Source of the DNA: an uncultured Muribaculaceae bacterium
GTDB taxonomy: Bacteria > Bacillota_I > Bacilli_A > RF39 > UBA660
Reading direction: 5' to 3'
Length of the DNA stretch: 64,000 bases
Assembly (NCBI GenBank): GCA_964545885.1
Contig: CAZJHG010000002.1
Span: forward strand, 10,421 to 74,420
The notes below the pieces were generated by a model. That model ran no database searches. It was not told the origin of the DNA and saw only the letters and a program-made list of their open reading frames with translations. The translations under genes were made by a program, and so were the position numbers. Positions within the stretch are counted from its first letter, which is position 1, and each line of letters begins with the position of its first letter. Positions 50,509 to 57,989 of the stretch are shown one piece after another.

Positions 50509-52170
50509 TTCTACTTCAGTTTCTAATGTTAAAGTTATTGTTTTACTATCACATATTTCTGAAGGACCATAATATTGAATAGCTCCTGGATAGATATATG
50601 AATTGTTTAGTGTCCAGTATTCTCTGTTTTGTTCAAATAACTTAAATGGTTTTCCGTTAAGATCAACTAGGGCTTTTTTTATAACTGGTTTATCTTTGCC
50701 GTGTCTTCTTTCAATATTCATCATCTTGGTAATTGGTATACCTCCGGCAATCCAATCTGACGCTGACTTCGAAAGACTAGAGATTTTTGATAGATATCCA
50801 TTGTATCCGTATTGAATTAAAATAAATGCATTATAACCCAATGAATAGCAGTAATCGGCATCAAAATTGGATGGGAATGCACATCTACCCTCATATCCTA
50901 AAAAATGATGAATTGGTGTGAATTTACCATTATATAGGTTGAAAGATTTTTTTAGAGCAAGTCTTTCAGCTACTATCTTAGAAAACAGCTTTTCTGATTC
51001 GATAAGAGATACTTGAACATTTCCATGAGGGTCACGTTCTAATAACAATTGTTTTTGAATGTCGTCTGGCAATATATCAAAAACTTTTAAAGATTTAGAA
51101 GTTAAACCATTAATTATGAAATCATACTTATCTTCCCATGATGGCAAATTATTAAATTCTTCAGTTTTTTCACCAGCAACAAGTTCATTTAGTTCACTTA
51201 TTAGTGTTGAAAATTCTGGTATAAATTCAATTGTTCCTTCAGGGATTATCACTACTCCGAAATTCATGTTTTTTTCTGATCTTTTGATGACAATATCGCA
51301 AATGTAATCAGCTATTTCTGATAAAGATTGTTTTTTCTCTTTGATTTCTTCTGATATGAGGCAGATATTCGGATGAGTTTGAAGAGCACATTCGAGTGCA
51401 ATATGAGAAGCAGAACGTCCCATAATTTTTATAAAATGCCAATATTTTTTAGCTGAAATTGCATCTCTTTCAATATTCCCGATAAGTTCGCTGTATGTTT
51501 TTGTCGCTGTATCAAATCCGAATGAACATTCAATATCTTCATTTTTTAAATCACCGTCTATAGTTTTAGGGCAACCAATTACTTGAATATCAATATTGTG
51601 AGAGATAAAGTATTCTGCTAATAGAGCGGCATTTGTGTTTGAGTCGTCTCCACCAATAATGACAACAGCATTGATATTATGTTTTTGACATACATCTGTA
51701 ATTATAGAAAATTGCTCCACTGTTTCAAGTTTAGTCCTATCTGAACCAAGGATATCAAAACCACCAGTGTTTCTAAATTGATTAATATAGCTATCATCAA
51801 ATATTTTGTAATCATCATTAAGAAGTCCTTTTGGTCCACCGATAAAGCCGTAAAGTTCATTTTCTGGATTAGCTGATTTTAAAGAGTCATATAGTCCGCA
51901 AATTACATTGTGTCCTCCTGGAGCTTGTCCTCCTGAAAGGATTACACCAACTGTGTATTTTTTTGGTATGGATGTATTTTTGCCTTTTTTAAATACTATT
52001 TCTTTTTTTCCGTATGTGTTTGGAAATATTTTTTGTATTTTTTCACAATCAGAAACACTTTTTGTCTCATTTCCTTCTACTACCGCTATTTTTGATATAC
52101 CATTTTTTAACATATTAGGTAGTTTGGGAATGTATTTTAATCTTTCATTTTGTAATGTTGAATTTGTCAT
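50497..52170 (-). CDS. pfp: Pyrophosphate-dependent phosphofructokinase (diphosphate--fructose-6-phosphate 1-phosphotransferase). Start at the ATG with an AAGGAGA RBS.
   Basis: GGQAPGGHNVI, IIGGDDSNTNA and PKTIDGDL motifs; ~555 aa, the long PPi-PFK type. Confidence 0.85.
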   Translation of the reverse strand: MTNSTLQNERLKYIPKLPNMLKNGISKIAVVEGNETKSVSDCEKIQKIFPNTYGKKEIVFKKGKNTSIPKKYTVGVILSGGQAPGGHNVICGLYDSLKSANPENELYGFIGGPKGLLNDDYKIFDDSYINQFRNTGGFDILGSDRTKLETVEQFSIITDVCQKHNINAVVIIGGDDSNTNAALLAEYFISHNIDIQVIGCPKTIDGDLKNEDIECSFGFDTATKTYSELIGNIERDAISAKKYWHFIKIMGRSASHIALECALQTHPNICLISEEIKEKKQSLSEIADYICDIVIKRSEKNMNFGVVIIPEGTIEFIPEFSTLISELNELVAGEKTEEFNNLPSWEDKYDFIINGLTSKSLKVFDILPDDIQKQLLLERDPHGNVQVSLIESEKLFSKIVAERLALKKSFNLYNGKFTPIHHFLGYEGRCAFPSNFDADYCYSLGYNAFILIQYGYNGYLSKISSLSKSASDWIAGGIPITKMMNIERRHGKDKPVIKKALVDLNGKPFKLFEQNREYWTLNNSYIYPGAIQYYGPSEICDSKTITLTLETEVEKDN

Positions 52171-52202
52171 ATGTATTTCTCCTTTAATCAATATAGTGCT
52201 AT

Positions 52203-52231
52203 TTAAAAAGTACCTTAGTTGGTACTTTTTT
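52203..52231 (-). terminator. Hairpin with a T-run at the 3' end of the effector gene.
   Basis: AAGTACC-6 nt-GGTACTT stem overlapping the stop codon, followed by TTTT on the minus strand. Confidence 0.35.
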
Positions 52232-54521
52232 CTTCTTTATCTTCTTTTTTAGTTATTGCTGTTGTTGCAGCTAAGGCTGATAATGCAGCTGCTGAAACGC
52301 CTAAAAGTTCTGGTGACATATAACTAATTCTATTTGAAGATGTAGTATTTGATGTAAAATCAATTCTTGCTGGTGTTACTGTTTGAGCAGTATTTGAATT
52401 TAAATTATAACCATCAACTCTTGTGTTTGGTATTTCTGGTACACTATCATTAGTGCTATTATTTATTATGTTATTATTGTTTGTTATAACGTTACTATTA
52501 TTTCCAGATCCTATGCTATTGTTATTTTGAACATTCTCTGGTGTTATATAATTTACATTATCTTTGGAAGATGAAATTGTATTATTTGTAACATCAGCAA
52601 TAGTGACGTCTTTTATTAAATCTTGGTTAGGACTTGATAAACTTGGTTCAGTATAAGTTGGTCCTGTTGAAGGCGTTTGATCGCTTGAATTGCCAGTTAA
52701 TGTATTGCCATAACTACTTGATGAAGTGCTACCAGTAGTTGTACTACTTGAATTACTTGATGAAGAGCTTCCGGTAGTTGTGCTTCCTGAGTTACTTGAT
52801 GATGAGCTTCCGGTAGTTGTGCTTCCTGAATTACTTGATGATGAACTTCCGGTAGTTGTGCTTCCTGAATTACTTGATGATGAGCTACCAGTAGTGGTGC
52901 CACTTGAGTTACTTGATGAAGAGCTTCCAGTAGTGGTGCCACTTGAGTTACTTGATGAAGAGCTTCCGGTAGTTGTGCTTCCTGAATTACTTGATGATGA
53001 GCTTCCGGTAGTTGTGCTACTTGAGTTACTTGATGATGAGCTTCCAGTAGTGGTGCCACTTGAGTTACTTGATGAAGAGCTTCCAGTAGTGGTGCCACTT
53101 GAGTTACTTGATGAAGAGCTTCCGGTAGTTGTGCTTCCTGAATTACTTGATGATGAGCTTCCGGTAGTTGTGCTACTTGAGTTACTTGATGATGAGCTTC
53201 CAGTAGTGGTGCCACTTGAGTTACTTGATGAAGAACTTCCGGTAGTTGTGCCACTTGAGTTACTTGAAGAAGAGCTACCAGTAGTGGTGCCACTTGAGTT
53301 ACTTGATGAAGAACTTCCGGTAGTTGTGCTACTTGAATTACTTGATGAAGAGTTTCCGGTAGTTGTGTTTCCTGAATTACTTGATGATGAACTTCCGGTA
53401 GTTGTGCTTCCTGAATTACTTGATGAAGAGCTTCCGGTAGTTGTGCTACTTGAATTACTTGATGATGAACTTCCGGTAGTTGTGCTTCCTGAATTACTTG
53501 ATGATGAGCTTCCAGTAGTTGTACTACTTGAGTTACCTGAGCTTGGGCTTTCTGTTTTATCACTTGTTTCGTTTGAAGTTTTATCAGTATTAGTATTGTC
53601 TTCTTTAGATGTTGTTTCTTGTCCCGCTGATAAATTATCGGCTTTTTGATCTGGCTGAACAGTTTCGTTATAAACTCCATCAATATCAATATCTCCAAGT
53701 TGTTCTAAAATACTTGAACTTACAGAAACGGTTCCAGCTGATGTTTGAGCTCCTGTGGTAGCAGCTGGATCAAAAATCCAAGTATTACCAGCTGAAAATT
53801 GTAATTCATCCCATGAATATCCATCATCATAATTTGAACTACGAAAAGAACGATAAGGGTCGTTTGCTATTATTTTTCCGTCTTCGGTTACTCCTGTACA
53901 CACTAAAAAGTGAGTGCTGTTTTTAACAAGACATATTACTAGTTTTCCTTCTTTAAGGTAATTTACTAAATCTTCTCTACTAGTACTACGATCATTTACC
54001 CAATTTAAACCAACGTAATCAGCAGCCGTTGTCATTTTTCCAACGTTGCTACTTTTATCAGCATTAGCAATTTCAGCCAAATCATCTGGAGTGTATAATT
54101 TACCTAATATATATGATGCAACCATACATAGAGATGTGATACCACATCCACTTGTAGCAACTGTTCCTTGACTATATTTAAGATGTGCATAATCATCTTG
54201 AGTTAATAATGGTACATCAGTAAAATTACCATTTTCATCAATTATACCTTGTTCGCAAAAATCAAATAGTAAAGCGGCTTTACTATCGTTAGCAATTAAG
54301 ATACTTTTTGTTTCTTCGAATTGTTCTATTAATGTTGCTATGTCACCATTTACCAATTTACTAATTGTATTCTGAGCATCTGTAAGAAGAGATTTTTTAG
54401 TTACTTCACTTGGTAGTGTTATGCTTTTTATTTTTTGAGAAAAATCATTAAAATCTTGCTCGATATTTTTTAGTTGTTTAAGGCCATAATATATAGAGCT
54501 ACAATCAATTTGAATATCCAT
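52215..54521 (-). CDS. Candidate T7SS-secreted effector, 768 aa: N-terminal ~115-aa helical domain, C39-like Cys-His peptidase domain, ~330-aa Ser/Thr/Gly tandem-repeat region, C-terminal domain with a terminal hydrophobic segment. The start is moved to Met25 (GAGGTG RBS, 4 nt after the upstream stop).
   Basis: No signal peptide. Cys motif SGCGITSLCM, His motif STHFLVCTG and ANDPY (C39_2-like order). About 25 copies of a 13-aa SSSSSNSGSTTTG repeat. Tail LLGVSAAALSALAATTAI + KKEDKEEK. Confidence 0.65.
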   Translation of the reverse strand: MDIQIDCSSIYYGLKQLKNIEQDFNDFSQKIKSITLPSEVTKKSLLTDAQNTISKLVNGDIATLIEQFEETKSILIANDSKAALLFDFCEQGIIDENGNFTDVPLLTQDDYAHLKYSQGTVATSGCGITSLCMVASYILGKLYTPDDLAEIANADKSSNVGKMTTAADYVGLNWVNDRSTSREDLVNYLKEGKLVICLVKNSTHFLVCTGVTEDGKIIANDPYRSFRSSNYDDGYSWDELQFSAGNTWIFDPAATTGAQTSAGTVSVSSSILEQLGDIDIDGVYNETVQPDQKADNLSAGQETTSKEDNTNTDKTSNETSDKTESPSSGNSSSTTTGSSSSSNSGSTTTGSSSSSNSSSTTTGSSSSSNSGSTTTGSSSSSNSGNTTTGNSSSSNSSSTTTGSSSSSNSSGTTTGSSSSSNSSGTTTGSSSSSNSSGTTTGSSSSSNSSSTTTGSSSSSNSGSTTTGSSSSSNSSGTTTGSSSSSNSSGTTTGSSSSSNSSSTTTGSSSSSNSGSTTTGSSSSSNSSGTTTGSSSSSNSSGTTTGSSSSSNSGSTTTGSSSSSNSGSTTTGSSSSSNSGSTTTGSSSSSNSSSTTTGSTSSSSYGNTLTGNSSDQTPSTGPTYTEPSLSSPNQDLIKDVTIADVTNNTISSSKDNVNYITPENVQNNNSIGSGNNSNVITNNNNIINNSTNDSVPEIPNTRVDGYNLNSNTAQTVTPARIDFTSNTTSSNRISYMSPELLGVSAAALSALAATTAITKKEDKEEKSTN
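52710..53540. repeat. Coding tandem repeat of about 21-25 copies of a 39-bp unit (consensus TTACTTGATGATGAGCTTCCGGTAGTTGTGCTTCCTGAA on the + strand) with point variants.
   Basis: Visible periodicity. Creates artefactual long ORFs in two other frames (52697..53698 -, 52726..53649 +). Confidence 0.85.
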
Positions 54522-54525
54522 TCTA

Positions 54526-54861
54526 TCACCTCTGGTTTGTTCTTCTTGCTTGGGCAGCTTTTGCTGCGTCTTCTTCCTCAGCCTTTTTTGCACTATTATA
54601 TAGTTCTCGATATTTTGCTATTAGTTGGTTACATTCAGATATAATAGAATCTAAATCATCAGAAATATCCTCCAATGAATCTCCCATTGCAGATACTTTC
54701 CCTTGATCCATAGGTTCGCCACAAATAGTTAAATTCTCCATTATCTTTTCACCTTTGGAAACAGAACTTTGGCAATCGCCTAAGTTATCTTTTAAGCCTC
54801 TTATTTTTTCTCTTGCTTTTTCTATTTCGGTTATTTTCTGTGAGTAGTAAGCTGAACTCAT
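54526..54861 (-). CDS. Small coiled-coil protein, 111 aa (Lap/DUF5082-like T7SS partner candidate), translationally coupled to the effector gene.
   Basis: AAGGTGGG RBS; the stop lies 4 nt before the effector ATG. N-terminal heptad pattern and acidic/basic tail. Confidence 0.45.
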   Translation of the reverse strand: MSSAYYSQKITEIEKAREKIRGLKDNLGDCQSSVSKGEKIMENLTICGEPMDQGKVSAMGDSLEDISDDLDSIISECNQLIAKYRELYNSAKKAEEEDAAKAAQARRTNQR

Positions 54862-54884
54862 ATATATTATCCCACCTTTAAATT

Positions 54885-54944
54885 CTTATTTCCTAAAAAG
54901 AAAATGTTTTTTTCTCCTTAGGAAATAAGAAGCATAATGCTTCT
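54885..54944 (-). promoter_or_regulatory. Intra-operon stem-loops between the tandem-WXG gene and the downstream genes; candidate attenuator or processing site.
   Basis: 12-bp stem CTTATTTCCTAA/TTAGGAAATAAG with a 21-nt loop, and the palindrome AGAAGCATaATGCTTCT overlapping the stop. Confidence 0.35.
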
Positions 54945-55558
54945 TAGAATGTATAATTTTTTAATGCTGATGTTATGCTCTCAGATACTTCAGTTAAATT
55001 ATTTTGGTATCTTCTAACGTTACTAATAAATTCTCTGTAAGCACTATCTGCATTTTCTCTACCTGTACCAGCTGTCCAGTTATCCATTATATCTGTATAT
55101 TTGGTATTTACAGAATTAATGAATGTACTTAAATCTGTATTAGCAGTATCAATTAATGTTTTTCCTCTTTCTGCTTCAGGTACTATATCAATTGTATCAG
55201 CAGTATCACTATATGCATCTAGTTCTTGCTTTTGGTCAGTAGTAATTACAGTTAAATATTCAAGTCCAGCATTATTACTATTTTGAATATCACGATATGT
55301 TACTGCAACACCTGAAGAATCTTGAGCTAATGTTGCTAAAGCATTTCTTACTTTAACCATTTCATTATGAACTTCAATTACTCTTTGAATGTTTTTACCA
55401 GCATCTATTCCTTTCCAACAATTCTTTAAATTTTCAATTGCTTCATACAAATTAAAAATAATTGAGTCGGCACTAGCATCGCCGCCTTTTACAACTGTAT
55501 TATATAATTCATATGAAGAGTCATATAATGCTTGTACATTATTTAATTTATGATCCAT
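54944..55558 (-). CDS. Tandem WXG100-like protein, 204 aa, with two helical-hairpin halves.
   Basis: First half has LKNCWKGIDAGKNIQ (W-x-G). Second half has MDNWTAGTGRENADSAYREF. No signal peptide. Heads an operon with the C39-like effector. Confidence 0.5.
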   Translation of the reverse strand: MDHKLNNVQALYDSSYELYNTVVKGGDASADSIIFNLYEAIENLKNCWKGIDAGKNIQRVIEVHNEMVKVRNALATLAQDSSGVAVTYRDIQNSNNAGLEYLTVITTDQKQELDAYSDTADTIDIVPEAERGKTLIDTANTDLSTFINSVNTKYTDIMDNWTAGTGRENADSAYREFISNVRRYQNNLTEVSESITSALKNYTF

Positions 55559-55642
55559 ATTAATATCCTCCTTTATTTTAGATTATAAAATTTATTAATT
55601 ATAGTCAATGTTTTATTGTAATTTTGACATTTTTCGACATAG

Positions 55643-57115
55643 TTATTCTAATTCTTCTTGAGAAGCAAATTCTGGTTCACAAGTTAAATTTATATGAAGT
55701 CTTTTTAAGGCTTTTTTATCTTCGTTATCTACTATATACGTAGCGTGAGCTTCACAATTGCGTAATTTTGGCAAATTGTTTAAAGCTTTTTCAACCATCG
55801 GATTTGTAGTTGAGCAGATACTTAAGGCTGTTAAGACCTCCGTAAGTTGTAATGTTTCTTGCTCAATACCTAAACTTTTTTTCATAGCTAGCATTGGCTC
55901 TAATACATTGGGTGACAGTAACTTTATATCATCTGGTATTTTAGATAGTTCTTTTATTGCATTTAAAACTACTGTACAAGCTGGAGATAAGATATCTGTT
56001 TGCTTGCCTGTAATTATTTTCTTTTTAGATATTTTTAAAGAAATAACTGGCTTATTTTCTTTTTTACTTTTATCAATAGCAGGTTTTATAACATCTAAAT
56101 AATTTTCATCAATATTTAACTCATTCATTAAAAGTTTTATTTTTTTACATGACTCTTCGTCAGATAATCCCATTTTATAATTGTTCATTTCGTGATAATA
56201 TCTTCTAACAATTTCTTTTTTAGATGCTTCTTCTACTTCGGTATTATCTTTGATACAATTTCCTATCATATTTACTCCCATATCTGTTGGGGACTTATAA
56301 ATATCTTTTCCAGTTGCTCGATTTAAAATACTTTTTAAAACAGGAAACATTTCAACATCGCGATTATAGTTTACCGCAGTTTGCCCATATGCCTCTAAAT
56401 GAAACGGATCAATCATATTTACATCTTTTAAATCGGCGGTAGCGGCTTCGTATGCCAAATTAACTGGATGTTTCAAAGGTAAATTCCATACTGGGAATGT
56501 TTCAAATTTAGCATATCCAGCATTAATACCTCTTTTGTTTTCATGATAAACTTGAGATAAACAAGTTGCTAGTTTCCCACTTCCTGGTCCTGGAGCATTT
56601 ACCAATACTAATGGCTTGGTTGTTTCAATATATGGATTAGCTCCATATCCTTCATCACTTACAATAGTATCAACATCTGTTGGATATCCTTTTGTAAAAG
56701 TATGAATATATGTTTTAATACCATTTCTTTCTAATTTTTTTATAAATTTATCTACACTAATTTGATTTTTATATAATGTTACAACGACTGAATTAACAGT
56801 AAATCCCATCTTACGTGATTGATTAATTAACTTTATTAATTCGTTGTCATATGAAATACCATACTCTCCACGTATTTTATTTCTCTCAATGTCGCCAGCA
56901 TTTATACAAAATATTATTTCTAAATCTTTTTTTAACTCTTTGAACATACTTATTTTGGCATCATTTTTAAAACCTGGTAAGACTCTTGCAGCATGAGAAT
57001 CGTCAAATAGCTTACCTCCTATTTCAAGATATAATCTATCAAATAGTTTAAATCTTTCTCTTATTTTTTCACTTTGAATTTTGACATATTTTTTATTATC
57101 AAAACCTTTTTCCAT
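55643..57115 (-). CDS. DUF1846 (UPF0371) family protein. Start at Met13 with an AAGGAGAG RBS.
   Basis: N-terminus MEKGFDNKKYVKIQSEKIRERF...LYLEIGGKLFDDSHAARVLPGF matches the UPF0371 signature; ~490 aa. Confidence 0.65.
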   Translation of the reverse strand: MEKGFDNKKYVKIQSEKIRERFKLFDRLYLEIGGKLFDDSHAARVLPGFKNDAKISMFKELKKDLEIIFCINAGDIERNKIRGEYGISYDNELIKLINQSRKMGFTVNSVVVTLYKNQISVDKFIKKLERNGIKTYIHTFTKGYPTDVDTIVSDEGYGANPYIETTKPLVLVNAPGPGSGKLATCLSQVYHENKRGINAGYAKFETFPVWNLPLKHPVNLAYEAATADLKDVNMIDPFHLEAYGQTAVNYNRDVEMFPVLKSILNRATGKDIYKSPTDMGVNMIGNCIKDNTEVEEASKKEIVRRYYHEMNNYKMGLSDEESCKKIKLLMNELNIDENYLDVIKPAIDKSKKENKPVISLKISKKKIITGKQTDILSPACTVVLNAIKELSKIPDDIKLLSPNVLEPMLAMKKSLGIEQETLQLTEVLTALSICSTTNPMVEKALNNLPKLRNCEAHATYIVDNEDKKALKRLHINLTCEPEFASQEELE

Positions 57116-57246
57116 AAATATCACTCTCCTTTTACCTTTTTTCTCTACCATATGTATATAATTATAACATTTTATTACGATGATGTTTTTATTTTTTAGA
57201 AATTTTTCTATAATTATTTTTTATATAAAAAGAGAGATAAGTTATT

Positions 57247-57275
57247 GCAAAGAAAAAAGAGGATTATTTCCTCTT
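57247..57275 (-). terminator. Terminator of trmB.
   Basis: AAGAGG-7 nt-CCTCTT hairpin overlapping the stop, then TTTTCTTT on the minus strand. Confidence 0.45.
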
Positions 57276-57915
57276 AACTATTAAATGATGCATCTACATA
57301 ATAAATAGGTTTTCTGTCTTGAACGCATTTTTTCTCCCAGTCGGTCATAATATTTCCCTTTACAGGATTTTCATCATTATGTAAATCTAAACTAACCTTG
57401 TCAAATACATACCAGTATTGAGATAAAGATTGTAATGAATATTGAAATAAACCCTTGTTATCAGTTTTTAATATGATACGTTTATTTTTTTTAAATATTT
57501 TATCATATAATCTTAAATATCCTTCATGAGTAAATCTTTTCTTTTCGTCATGAGCTTTTGGCCATGGTTCGGAAAATGTTAAGTAAATTGTTGAAATTTC
57601 TTTACCAAAAATATTATCTATATCATGAGCATCAGCACATATTAATCTTAAGTTAGGGATATTTTGATTATTTAGTTTTTGAACAGCTTTTACTAATTGA
57701 TCATCACTTATTTCTAATCCTACAAAGTTAATTCTTGGATTGGCTTTTGCCATATTAATTATAAAATCTCCCCTACCGGTTCCTAGCTCTAAATGAATCG
57801 GATTATTATTACCAAACTCTTCATTCCAATTGTTTTTCTTGCTAGATGGATTTTGAACCATATAACTTGATCTATTAATTATTTTATCAGCATCTTTAAA
57901 TGACTTGTATTGCAT
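57274..57915 (-). CDS. trmB: tRNA (guanine46-N7)-methyltransferase.
   Basis: SAM-binding motif LELGTGRGDF, TrmB motif SEPWPKAHDEKKR; 213 aa. Confidence 0.85.
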   Translation of the reverse strand: MQYKSFKDADKIINRSSYMVQNPSSKKNNWNEEFGNNNPIHLELGTGRGDFIINMAKANPRINFVGLEISDDQLVKAVQKLNNQNIPNLRLICADAHDIDNIFGKEISTIYLTFSEPWPKAHDEKKRFTHEGYLRLYDKIFKKNKRIILKTDNKGLFQYSLQSLSQYWYVFDKVSLDLHNDENPVKGNIMTDWEKKCVQDRKPIYYVDASFNS

Positions 57916-57989
57916 AGTTTCACTTCCTCGTTTTCGTATTATATCATATAAATTTATTATATCATATAAAAAGTAAATCGTTTTAAGAT

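Noticed and set aside
52710-53540. Possible CRISPR array, because of the regular ~39-bp periodicity.
   Set aside because: The units are contiguous with no unique spacers and lie in frame within a protein-coding gene. It is a coding tandem repeat, not a CRISPR.
52697-53698. Long ORFs (333 aa on -, and 307 aa on + at 52726..53649) rich in HQVIQEAQLPE / LPVVVLPELLDDE.
   Set aside because: They are alternate-frame and opposite-strand read-throughs of the 39-bp tandem repeat inside the effector gene. Perfect periodicity without stops produces them; they are not genes.
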